A stretch of 57,562 nt of DNA from Candidatus Omnitrophota bacterium (GTDB lineage Bacteria > Omnitrophota > Omnitrophia > Omnitrophales > Aquincolibacteriaceae). The position numbers and the translations under genes were made by a program. Below, one piece after another: positions 9,333 to 18,132 of the stretch. A model generated the notes under the pieces. The model was not told the origin of the DNA and ran no database searches. It saw only the letters and a program-made list of their open reading frames with translations. The stretch lies in assembly GCA_043803685.1 (NCBI GenBank), contig JAZDJU010000100.1:1-57562 (forward strand), given 5' to 3'. Every line of letters begins with the position of its first letter. The stretch's first letter is position 1.

Positions 9333-9692
9333 TTATTTCGAAAAGATCATTTGCATGGAAACGACCAACAAAAAAACGCCGAACATTTTTTTCAGCATCG
9401 CTTCCGGAATTCCTTGAACCAGTTGCGCGCCCAAAAGACCGCCAACCAGAAAACCGAGACAAATGAACGCGGCCATGCCGAGCTTCACGTTACCGCTTTG
9501 ATAATACCGCCATGCCGCAAGAAGCCCGATGGGCGGCACCATGATGGCCAATGCCGTCCCCTGAGCCTGGTGCTGGGTGAGACCGAAAAAGAACACCATC
9601 GCCGGAACGAGGATCGTCGCGCCGCCGATCCCGAACGCCCCGCCAAACACGCCGGCGACAAGCCCCAGAAGAATGTAGGCCATTTGCGTCAT
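9333..9692 (-). CDS. Half-size TauE/SafE (TSUP) membrane transporter
   Basis: GLVAGVFGGAFGIGGATILVP, QHQAQGTAL; 119 aa; GGAGG RBS. Confidence 0.85.
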   Translation of the reverse strand: MTQMAYILLGLVAGVFGGAFGIGGATILVPAMVFFFGLTQHQAQGTALAIMVPPIGLLAAWRYYQSGNVKLGMAAFICLGFLVGGLLGAQLVQGIPEAMLKKMFGVFLLVVSMQMIFSK

Positions 9693-9707
9693 AGAAACCT
9701 CCAAGTG

Positions 9708-10121
9708 CTAATAGATCGCCTGGTCGAGCGCCAGATTCACGAGCCGGTCGACAAGCTTGATCTTTGGATGCTCACGCGGCACGTGAAAATAGGTGATCCG
9801 TTTGAACTTTTTCTCGAGCTCTTTGACCCGAATAAAGAACGGCTTGAGATGCTCGGCCTTGAGCTTGTAAATGCCCGAGAGTTGGCGCTGGACAAGTTCG
9901 CTGTCTAAAAAATAATCCGCTTCCGAGAGACCCAGTTCCGCCGCGAGCGTCAGACCGCGCACGACCGCGGTGTATTCCGCCACGTTGTTGGTGGTCTCCC
10001 CGATCGTTTCGCCGTGGTCGCCGAGCTTGATGTCTTTATCGTCGCAGACAAGCACGCCGATCGCCGCAGGTCCCGGATTGCCGCGCGCGCCGCCGTCCGA
10101 ATAGATTTTCCCTTTTTTCAT
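9708..10121 (-). CDS. rnhA: Ribonuclease HI family protein (archaeal-like type)
   Basis: YSDGGARGNPGPA, TNNVAEY, DSELV, HVPRE. Confidence 0.88.
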   Translation of the reverse strand: MKKGKIYSDGGARGNPGPAAIGVLVCDDKDIKLGDHGETIGETTNNVAEYTAVVRGLTLAAELGLSEADYFLDSELVQRQLSGIYKLKAEHLKPFFIRVKELEKKFKRITYFHVPREHPKIKLVDRLVNLALDQAIY

Positions 10122-10157
10122 AAGCGGCAGACAGCGGCCAGCGCGTAACAAAAATAT

Positions 10158-10862
10158 TTACGAGGCATCGTTTTTTCCTTTACCCGTTGCCCGTTGAGCG
10201 TTGCCCTTGCTTTTATGAAACGCTTCGAGGGCTTCGACTTCTTTTTGAAGTTCGCGGACGCGATTCTTGAGTTCTCTCACGGGGTCCGGAAGATCGCCGT
10301 GTTCAAGATCGACCTCCTCGACTTTCTTACCGTCGATCCGCACGATCTCGGCCGGTACGCCAACGACGGTGCAGTGATCCGGCACCGGATGGATCACGAC
10401 CGAGCCGCCGCCGATCTTCACATGGTCGCCGATCTTGATATTCCCGAGCACCTTAGCGCCCACACCCACGACCACGTTATGTCCCAGCGTCGGATGCCGC
10501 TTGCCGCGCTCTTTGCCCGTCCCGCCGAGTGTCACGCCCTGGTAGATCGTCACGTTCTCGCCGATTTCGGTGGTCTCTCCGATCACAACGCCCATGCCAT
10601 GATCGATGAAAAAGCCCGGAGCGATCTTCGCGCCCGGATGGATCTCGACCCCGGTCAGGAACCGGGCGATCTGGGAGATGAGCCGCGGAATGAACGGAAT
10701 GCGCCACACATAAAGAACATGCGCGAGCCTGTAAAAGATCACGGCATGAAGTCCGGCATAGAGAAAGATAACTTCCAGAGCGCCGAACGGCGTCCTGGCG
10801 GCCGGATCGCGCTCAAAGCAAGCTCTGAAATCGCGGTAGATGGCGTAGAAGGGGTTTGTCAT
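10158..10862 (-). CDS. cysE: Serine O-acetyltransferase
   Basis: RDPAAR, IHPGAKI, FIDHGMGVVIGET, GKRHPTLG. Confidence 0.93.
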   Translation of the reverse strand: MTNPFYAIYRDFRACFERDPAARTPFGALEVIFLYAGLHAVIFYRLAHVLYVWRIPFIPRLISQIARFLTGVEIHPGAKIAPGFFIDHGMGVVIGETTEIGENVTIYQGVTLGGTGKERGKRHPTLGHNVVVGVGAKVLGNIKIGDHVKIGGGSVVIHPVPDHCTVVGVPAEIVRIDGKKVEEVDLEHGDLPDPVRELKNRVRELQKEVEALEAFHKSKGNAQRATGKGKNDAS

Positions 10863-10876
10863 AGGGGCATTATATG

Positions 10877-10967
10877 CGGGAAACGGGGAGCGGGGAACGC
10901 AATATTTTTTAGAAAAATATCAGGTTTTCGTTTGCCGTTCCCCGAGAAACGTTCTGCGCTTTTCCGG
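10877..10967. repeat. Heptamer-repeat hairpin (CGGGGAA family), copy 1
   Basis: CGGGAAA CGGGGAG CGGGGAA CGCA ... GCCGTTCCCCGAG; homologous to the reverse complement of 20594-20668. Confidence 0.6.
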
Positions 10968-10968
10968 T

Positions 10969-12063
10969 TCAGACACTGAACCGGAAAAGCATCACATCGC
11001 CGTCCTGGGTCTCGTATTCCTTACCCTCGACGCGGAGAAGGCCTTTTTCCTTCACGGCCGGCTGGGAGCCGTATTTAAGAAGATCTTCGTAGCGCATGAC
11101 CTCGGCACGAATGAATCCCCGCTCGAAATCCGTATGGATCACGCCTGCGGCCTGCGGCGCCTTCGAGCCCTTGCGAACGGTCCAGGCGCGGACTTCTTTT
11201 TCTCCGGCCGTAAAATAAGTGATGAGCTGGAGAGATTTATATCCCGTCCGGATAAGCGAATTGAGCCCCGGCTCTTCAAGGCCGAGGTCTTGCAGAAAAA
11301 CCTTCTGATCTTCTTCTGAAAGATCGATCAGCTCAGACTCCACCTTGCCGGAGATGACGACGACTTCCGCGCCTTCCTTGGCCGCTCGCGCGCGCAAAAG
11401 ATCAACGTAAGGACCGCCACCCGGAAGATCTTTTTCCGCCACGTTCGCGCAGTAAAGCACGGTCTTGAGGGTCAGGAACGCCAAGTCCTTCACGAGCTTT
11501 TTTTCCTCGTCCGTCAGTCCGATGTTGCGAAGCGGCGTGCCATCTTCAAGCGCCTTTTTCACCCGCTCATAGACCGGCATCTTTTCCTTAGCATCCTTGT
11601 CGCCGCTCTTGGAGAGTTTCTCGGTCTTGTCGTAGCGCGTGTTGATGGTGTCCAGATCTTTCAGGCACAATTCTGTATCGATCACATCAATGTCGCGCGC
11701 AGGATCGATCGAGCCAGAAACATGGACGATATTGGTATCTTCAAAACAGCGGACGACATGGAGAATGGCTTCGACTTCTTTGATATGCCCCAGAAATTGA
11801 TTTCCGAGGCCTTCCCCTTTGGACGCGCCAGCCACGAGTCCCGCGATGTCGTAAAACTCCACCGTAGTGGGCGTGGTCTTTTGGGGTTTATAAAGTTTGC
11901 TTAATTCCCACAGACGCGGATCGGGGACAGGCACCATTCCGACATTGGGCTCGATCGTGCAGAAAGGATAATTCGAAGCCGCGGCGTGCGCCTTGGCGAT
12001 CGCGTTAAAAATAGTGGATTTACCCACATTCGGCAGACCGACGATACCGCATTTAAAACCCAT
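10969..12063 (-). CDS. ychF: Redox-regulated ATPase YchF
   Basis: [42 protein letters not shown]-terminal TGS domain. Confidence 0.97.
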   Translation of the reverse strand: MGFKCGIVGLPNVGKSTIFNAIAKAHAAASNYPFCTIEPNVGMVPVPDPRLWELSKLYKPQKTTPTTVEFYDIAGLVAGASKGEGLGNQFLGHIKEVEAILHVVRCFEDTNIVHVSGSIDPARDIDVIDTELCLKDLDTINTRYDKTEKLSKSGDKDAKEKMPVYERVKKALEDGTPLRNIGLTDEEKKLVKDLAFLTLKTVLYCANVAEKDLPGGGPYVDLLRARAAKEGAEVVVISGKVESELIDLSEEDQKVFLQDLGLEEPGLNSLIRTGYKSLQLITYFTAGEKEVRAWTVRKGSKAPQAAGVIHTDFERGFIRAEVMRYEDLLKYGSQPAVKEKGLLRVEGKEYETQDGDVMLFRFSV

Positions 12064-12397
12064 AGTCCCGATACCTTTCACTTTATGTGAAGCAAAAATT
12101 GGGGCGCTCCCGCCGGCGGCGGGATGAAAAGCACTGGGACTATATCAAAAAAGACCCTCCCGCACAATGCGAACCTGGCCGACTCTGCTTTTGCTTTAGG
12201 GAGAACTAATAGCAAGATTTCAGCCTCCCAAGCAGCCCGGGGGGATGATCCGAAAAACATATTATCAAAGGCTTAAATAGCCATCTCAGCGCTTTTAAAA
12301 TGCTTATTCAAAGGTCTTGATTGCCAACAATGCCTTCTATATAAGTTTTTTTTCAAGGGGCTTCCTAGAGTGAATTTTAAAATAGCGCAACTCGCTA

Positions 12398-12426
12398 TTG
12401 ACTTTATTGCATATTGTGTATATATT
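12398..12426 (+). promoter_or_regulatory. Sigma70-type promoter
   Basis: TTGACT (12398-12403), 17 nt spacer, TATATT (12421-12426), upstream of AGGAGG and ATG 12459. Confidence 0.65.
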
Positions 12427-12458
12427 AAATGACTATTATGAATATAGGAGGCTTTCCC

Positions 12459-14123
12459 ATGGGTTTCTCGTTAAAACGCTCGGCCGGGTGGAGCATGATC
12501 CTTTTGTTTCTTTGCATCGCGGGCTTTCAGGTCCAGGCCCCGGCGGAGTGGCAAAAAACACTCCAGCCATCACTCGCAGGCGGCGCGCTCACCTGCCTTG
12601 CTCCCCACCCATTCGACCGATCAAAATTCCTGGTTGCATCCGGACGGCAAGTTTTCGAAGCTGGAAAAGAAGTTTTGTGGCGGCCTCTTTGGTCGCAAAC
12701 CGGCGGACGTTCGCCGATCACGAAATTGATCTCCGCGGCCATCCTCCCGGATTTCGTGTTTGTGCTCGCCGGAGAGAATGTTTTCATGGGAAATCTAAAA
12801 GATCATTCCTGGCGGACGATCTACCAAGACTCAGGCAGAGAACCTCTCTCGTTCGCAGTCCATCCTCAGGATCCGAACCGATGGTTCCTGGGAACCCGAA
12901 AAGGCCTTTGGGAGACGGCTGACGCCGGAAAAAAATGGTCGCGCTCTTCTCTTTTTTCCGCCGCGAGGCCTGTCCCGTTCGTTTTTTTTCATGATGAGCG
13001 TTTTTTCCTGGCAACCGAGAGCGCCCTTTTTCTTTCACTGGACGGAAACATCTCCCAACAGGTCTTCGCCCTTCCCGCACGCGAGAACGGATCCGCTGAA
13101 ACAAGCGACGGCTCCTTGGTCGAATCGCCTTCCTATCTTTTCAAAATCCACGACCTGCTCCCCGCAAGGCGCGGTGCGCCGGATCTATTTCTCGCAACCT
13201 CGAACGGTGTTTTCCTGAGCCGTGACCATGGCCATCAATGGGAGCCGCTCCCTCAGAGCGGCCTTCAGAGCGCTGAGATTCTTCAGCTGGCATCCTCGGA
13301 AAGAACGGGTCTTCTTTACGCCGCGACCTCCCGCGGGATCTACGCCTACGATGCCCGCGCACAAAGGTGGACCTGTCTTTTCGAGGGCTTGGCCCGCACC
13401 CGAACGCAGAGCATTGCCGTTCTGAACGAGGAAAAACTCCTCGCGATCACCGGAGAAGGGTTCGTGCAGTATCTGCTCGGACCCCTGACGCCTGAGGCGG
13501 GGCCGACGCTCGCGATCTATCAACCGTCCGAAGAGATTCTCTCGCTTCTTAAGGAACTCCTCACGCTAGAGCCTTCCGTCCGGGAGGTCCAGAAGCGTGT
13601 CATCCGATACGCCAATGTCTCGAACAGCAAAACTCAGCGCTGGCACGCGGAGTCGCGACTCGCAGGATTTTTGCCGACCTTTTCTTTTGGCAAGAACCTC
13701 GACCGCAGCCCCTCCATCAGCACCTACAGCGGCAAATACATCACGGGCCCCGAGGATGTGAGCAAAGGCTGGGACGCGGATGTCGCCTGGGACCTCGGTG
13801 ATATGATCTACAGTTCGGACCAGACCTCGATCGACTCCCGCGAAAAGCTCATGGTGGAGCTCCGTAACGATCTTCTGGCTGAAGCCACGCGCATCTATTA
13901 CGAGCGCCGCCGCCTCCAGATCGACCTTCTCTACACGCCGCCAGCCTCCGAACAGGAACATCTGGAAAACCTTTTGCGCATGGATGAGCTCACCGCGCTC
14001 CTCGACGGCATGACAGACGGATTTCTTTCAAAACGACTCGAGAAGATCTATGACGAGAAGCCCTCGCTAAACAAATTGTGGAGTTTTGATCCAAAGGGTG
14101 AACAGACCGCGGGGAACGAGTAA
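12459..14123 (+). CDS. Secreted BNR/YCF48-like beta-propeller protein with a C-terminal TolC/OEP-like helical half-domain
   Basis: Signal peptide; Asp-box motifs ETADAGKKW and LSRDHGHQW; C-terminal EPSVREVQ...WDLGD...TRIYYERRRLQ...RMDELTALLDGMT. Confidence 0.6.
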   Translation: MGFSLKRSAGWSMILLFLCIAGFQVQAPAEWQKTLQPSLAGGALTCLAPHPFDRSKFLVASGRQVFEAGKEVLWRPLWSQTGGRSPITKLISAAILPDFVFVLAGENVFMGNLKDHSWRTIYQDSGREPLSFAVHPQDPNRWFLGTRKGLWETADAGKKWSRSSLFSAARPVPFVFFHDERFFLATESALFLSLDGNISQQVFALPARENGSAETSDGSLVESPSYLFKIHDLLPARRGAPDLFLATSNGVFLSRDHGHQWEPLPQSGLQSAEILQLASSERTGLLYAATSRGIYAYDARAQRWTCLFEGLARTRTQSIAVLNEEKLLAITGEGFVQYLLGPLTPEAGPTLAIYQPSEEILSLLKELLTLEPSVREVQKRVIRYANVSNSKTQRWHAESRLAGFLPTFSFGKNLDRSPSISTYSGKYITGPEDVSKGWDADVAWDLGDMIYSSDQTSIDSREKLMVELRNDLLAEATRIYYERRRLQIDLLYTPPASEQEHLENLLRMDELTALLDGMTDGFLSKRLEKIYDEKPSLNKLWSFDPKGEQTAGNE

Positions 14124-14141
14124 ACAAAAAGGAGAGCGAAC

Positions 14142-14744
14142 ATGAACGATCACAGGAGCTTCCGTGCCATGAGCCACGGGCCACGAACCACGGAGAAACC
14201 TTTAACCCAAACATCAGTCGATCAACAAAAAAATCCGGGGGCAGAGCCTCGCTTTTCAGGACGCTCCCCTGCGCCGGAAAACCGTGAAAACAAGAAAGTG
14301 CCCCTTAGAAACTTTCGGGATCTGAAGGTCTGGCAAATGGCAAAAGAGATCGCCGTGGACACCTATAGGGTCACGCAACAATTTCCCCGTGAAGAGATCT
14401 ACGGCCTCAGCTCCCAAATGCGTCGGGCAGCGATCTCTATCTCGTCAAACATCGCGGAAGGATTCAACCGATTTTACAAAAAAGATTATCGAAGATTCTT
14501 AATGATCTCCCTCGGCTCTTGCGGAGAACTCGAATCTCAAATAGAGGTCGGGACAGCGTTGGGCTACGTGCCAGAAAATGCGCTTAAGAGTTTGCTCGAA
14601 AAGTTGGATCATGAGAACAGGATGCTGCGCAAGCTTCATTCTGCGATGGATGAGAAAAAACGCCCTGAGGATAGCTCTCCGGACTTAACAGCCCAAAAGA
14701 ATTCGCCTTCCCCAAATGCGCATTCGGACCCTTTTGATTATTAA
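14142..14744 (+). CDS. Four helix bundle protein (TIGR02436 / 23S IVP / bAvd-like)
   Basis: FRDLKVWQ...FPREEIYGLSSQMRRAAISISSNIAEG...FLMISLGSCGELESQ. An alternative GTG start near 14298 is possible. Confidence 0.9.
   Translation: MNDHRSFRAMSHGPRTTEKPLTQTSVDQQKNPGAEPRFSGRSPAPENRENKKVPLRNFRDLKVWQMAKEIAVDTYRVTQQFPREEIYGLSSQMRRAAISISSNIAEGFNRFYKKDYRRFLMISLGSCGELESQIEVGTALGYVPENALKSLLEKLDHENRMLRKLHSAMDEKKRPEDSSPDLTAQKNSPSPNAHSDPFDY
14166..14193 (+). repeat. 4x heptamer array (GCCAYGR), left arm
   Basis: GCCATGA GCCACGG GCCACGA ACCACGG. Confidence 0.8.
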
Positions 14745-14772
14745 TCGTGGCCCGTGGCGCCTGGCTCGTGGC
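14745..14772 (-). repeat. 4x heptamer array, right arm (inverted)
   Basis: TCGTGGC CCGTGGC GCCTGGC TCGTGGC, starting immediately after the stop codon. Confidence 0.8.
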
Positions 14773-14776
14773 CCTC

Positions 14777-15853
14777 TCAGACTTGCCGCATTGAGCGGTC
14801 AAGTCTGAGCTGTCCACACGCGGCATCGTTGTCGCGGCCGACGGTCTGGCGGAGCGTCACGTGAAGGCCGCGGCGCTTGAGGGCTTCACAAAAATATTCC
14901 GTGTCCTCGGGCGAGGGCGCTTTATGCGGGAATTCCGCGATCGGGTTGTAAGGGATCACGTTGATCTTGGCCCGGAGAGGTTTCGCGAGAATGGAAATGC
15001 CTTCGATCTCTTCTTCCGAGTCGTTCACACCGGCGATCAATGTATACTCGAACGTAATGTCGCGCTTCAAGTCCTGATTGACCCTCCTCAGAGCGCTCGC
15101 AAGGTCCTTCAAAGGATAGCGCTGATTGATCGGAACAAGGGAGCTCCGGACTTCGTCGATCGAGGAATGAAGCGACACGGAAAGCCGGACGCGTCCGTCG
15201 ACCGCCTTCACGAACTCAAGAATCTTCGGGATGATCCCGGAGGTAGAGACCGTCACCCTGCGAGCTCCGAAGGCAAACCCCCAGGGTTCAATCAGAATGC
15301 GGACCGCTTTGAGCGTCTCGTCAAAATTATCGAGAGGCTCACCCATCCCCATAAAAACAACGTTCGTGATCTTTTTTCCGGTCATGCGGGCGATGCGCGC
15401 GACTTGTTCGACGATCTCACCGGCTGTAAGGTTGCGGATGAATTTCCCCTGTCCGCTCGCGCAGAACGCGCACTGGACCTTGCATCCCAATTGCGTCGAA
15501 ACACACACGGTTTCCCTTCCCCCGCGAACGTCCGTTTCGTCCTCAGGGTCCTGAACGTCCTTATGCGAGATCAGAACACTTTCGAGCCAATGTCCGTCCC
15601 CGGTTTTGAAAAGGAATTTTGTCGGACCTTCGCCTACAGCTTTTTTTTCTTCGGTGGGCTCAAGCGCGGCAAGGCGGGTCTCCGCGGAAAGTTTTTGAAG
15701 GAGATCTTTCGGCAGGTTCTTCATTTCTTCCCAGACCAACGCGTTCTTCTGGTAGATCCAGCCTAGAAGTTGGGCCGCACGGTATTTCGGAAAGCCGCGC
15801 GCGATGACAAAGGCTTCCATGTCATCTGGAGTCATTCCGTAGAGGGAGTTCAT
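14777..15853 (-). CDS. rlmN: 23S rRNA/tRNA m2A methyltransferase (radical SAM)
   Basis: CVSTQLGCKVQCAFC, FMGMGEPL, VSTSG, DAACGQL. Confidence 0.95.
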   Translation of the reverse strand: MNSLYGMTPDDMEAFVIARGFPKYRAAQLLGWIYQKNALVWEEMKNLPKDLLQKLSAETRLAALEPTEEKKAVGEGPTKFLFKTGDGHWLESVLISHKDVQDPEDETDVRGGRETVCVSTQLGCKVQCAFCASGQGKFIRNLTAGEIVEQVARIARMTGKKITNVVFMGMGEPLDNFDETLKAVRILIEPWGFAFGARRVTVSTSGIIPKILEFVKAVDGRVRLSVSLHSSIDEVRSSLVPINQRYPLKDLASALRRVNQDLKRDITFEYTLIAGVNDSEEEIEGISILAKPLRAKINVIPYNPIAEFPHKAPSPEDTEYFCEALKRRGLHVTLRQTVGRDNDAACGQLRLDRSMRQV

Positions 15854-15884
15854 GAGAGGGCCTGCGTCCTGCCGCGGAAAAAGA

Positions 15885-16865
15885 CTACATCCACTTTTTG
15901 ATCTTCATCCAGCAATACATGCCAACGGTGACGACCGTCGTAACGATGACAATGCCCCAAAAACCATGTTCCTGGTTCGCGTAGGGAAGCACCCTGAAAT
16001 TCATGCCATAAATGCTCGCGATCATAATCGCCGGCATGGTGAGCGTGGCCACCACGGTCAGACGCTTCATGACCACGTTCAATTCGCTTGAGAGGTAGGA
16101 GAAGTAGACTTCCATCATGCTCGTCAGATGGTCGTACATCCCGTTGGCGAGCGCGGAGATGCGAAAGAGATGGTCGCTGATGTCGCGAAAATAGATCAAG
16201 TGTTTTGCCTTGATAAAGCGGCCAGCGTTCCGCGTCAGAAAATGCAGGGTGTCGCGTTGGGGCCCGACGATACGGCGAAGCGTCGAGATGTCCTGCTTGA
16301 GCTGCAAAAGCGTCGCCAGCTTTTCGCGGGAAGGGCTTTTGTCGAACATGTCCTTTTCAAGAACGTCCGCCCGGGATTCGTACTGGTGATAGACCGGAAG
16401 ATATCCGTCCACGAGGTGGTCCAGGAGCGTGTGGACCAGAAGATCCGCCCCCGAGCTCATCATCCCAGCGGGTTTCTGCTGGGTCCTGAGTAGATCCTGG
16501 GTCACGCTTTCGATCGGAGCTTTGTGGAAGGTCACTACGTAATTGGCCCCCAAAAAAAGATTGAGCTCGATCGTCGAAAGCTCCCGGTCCCCGTTGTCGC
16601 GAAGCATCTTGAGGGCATGAACGACGAGGAAAAGATATTCCTCATAGTCGTCCACCTTGGGCTCGGAATGATCGGTGATACAATCCTCGACAGCAAGAGG
16701 ATGGAAATTGAAGATCTCGACCAGCATGTCGCTCTCGAATTCGCTAGGATCCTCGAAATCGACCCAAAGGATACCCTCTTTTTCTCCAAGTGCCGTAAAA
16801 AGCCGCGCCCGGGAAAGATTGGTCTCGACCTGTCCGCCTTTTTTATAAAAAAAACTTGTGATCAT
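15885..16865 (-). CDS. corA: Magnesium/cobalt transporter
   Basis: FHPLAVED, PKVDDY, YGMNF signature and two C-terminal TM helices. Confidence 0.93.
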   Translation of the reverse strand: MITSFFYKKGGQVETNLSRARLFTALGEKEGILWVDFEDPSEFESDMLVEIFNFHPLAVEDCITDHSEPKVDDYEEYLFLVVHALKMLRDNGDRELSTIELNLFLGANYVVTFHKAPIESVTQDLLRTQQKPAGMMSSGADLLVHTLLDHLVDGYLPVYHQYESRADVLEKDMFDKSPSREKLATLLQLKQDISTLRRIVGPQRDTLHFLTRNAGRFIKAKHLIYFRDISDHLFRISALANGMYDHLTSMMEVYFSYLSSELNVVMKRLTVVATLTMPAIMIASIYGMNFRVLPYANQEHGFWGIVIVTTVVTVGMYCWMKIKKWM

Positions 16866-16983
16866 TGTAGGCTCCGTCGTCTCTGAACTCGGGTTATCTT
16901 ACCAACCCTTATGCGGATTGGCGATACAAAAATCTATTTATAGCGGCGGTCTTGTTTTATAATGACTCAGGAAGGAGGATGTG

Positions 16984-17355
16984 ATGCCCAACAAAAAGAT
17001 CCTCATCATCGACGACGAACCCGAGATCTGCAAAATGCTGGCCGAGTCCCTTTTCGATGCGGGATACTCGACCTCTTATGCCTTGAACGGTCCCGAGGGG
17101 CTCGCCATGATCAAAAAAGACCTGCCTTCGCTGGTCCTCCTGGACATTGGAATGCCGGGCATGGGCGGGATCGAAGTAATGCGCCTCATCCACGAACAAT
17201 TCCCCGATCTTCGAGTGGTCGTTCTCTCCGGCCAACTCGACCCGGACATCGTCAAAAAGATGGGCGAGCTGGGGGTCTCGGAATATCTGACGAAGCCGAT
17301 CAGCCCGGAAACCCTACTCAATCAATTCGTGAAGGATTTGATCGGAGCACCCTGA
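16984..17355 (+). CDS. Single-domain response regulator (receiver)
   Basis: ILIIDDE, LLDIGMPGMGG, YLTKP. Confidence 0.9.
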   Translation: MPNKKILIIDDEPEICKMLAESLFDAGYSTSYALNGPEGLAMIKKDLPSLVLLDIGMPGMGGIEVMRLIHEQFPDLRVVVLSGQLDPDIVKKMGELGVSEYLTKPISPETLLNQFVKDLIGAP

Positions 17356-17405
17356 CCGCGAAAGTTTTTCCGTTCCACATTCCCCGAGGACCGGTCCCCG
17401 AGAAA

Positions 17406-17771
17406 TTATTTTTTTCTGCAGGACGCGACATGGGCACGGAGAGCGCGAAGGTCTCTTTTTGAGATCTCTGAGAATTCCACACCCGACCGGAAAAGCTCCT
17501 TGTCGAAAGGTTCCGTGTATCGAACGATCCCCTTTACAGAAGTGAACCGGTCCTTATCCCCCGGCAGGATAAAGCTCATCGCGATCTCGGCCCCTAGCGG
17601 AGCGCCTTCCGAAAAGGTCATGAGGAGCGCTCCCGATTCCGAAAGGTCCGAGATCCGGGCCTGGACCCCGACCTCCATGTCGCGAAATGGGCAGAAATAT
17701 CTCGTGATCGTGTAAATGCTCACACGAACAAATCGCCGCCGGTCTGTAAATCCGCCTTGCACCTCGGTCAT
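17406..17771 (-). CDS. PilZ domain protein (c-di-GMP receptor)
   Basis: RRRFVR (RxxxR), DLSESG (DxSxxG), GVEF. Confidence 0.88.
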   Translation of the reverse strand: MTEVQGGFTDRRRFVRVSIYTITRYFCPFRDMEVGVQARISDLSESGALLMTFSEGAPLGAEIAMSFILPGDKDRFTSVKGIVRYTEPFDKELFRSGVEFSEISKRDLRALRAHVASCRKK

Positions 17772-18132
17772 GAGATCTCCTGGAGGTCGTTATCGGTGAT
17801 AGGCGAAGGAAAGGCTGCGAACGAATCTTCACAACCCCCACGCTTGCAGTAAGATATGCGAAAGCGCTTTGATTATCAAGGGCTTAGGGTTTTGGGATCG
17901 CGTCAACAAAAACCGGGAAGATCAGAGACCCTGAGAGATGGATCCTTCGGACGGGTTAGAAACAAAAATCTTCAAACATCGGATCAGGCTCTGGAAAACT
18001 TTGAATCGTCGGACGTAGCCCGATTGCGGCCATGAAAATCCAACTTGTTGAACGTTGGGTTCGCTATTCATTAAGTTTGCTGTCTTAATGCCGATTAGGT
18101 CCAAAGGGTTTTAGAAAGGAGCCCCTTAAATC

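Noticed and set aside
14142..14772. Diversity-generating retroelement (Avd-like gene)
   Set aside because: No reverse transcriptase and no template/variable repeat pair in the window. The SGNH paralog differences did not look adenine-specific by eye.
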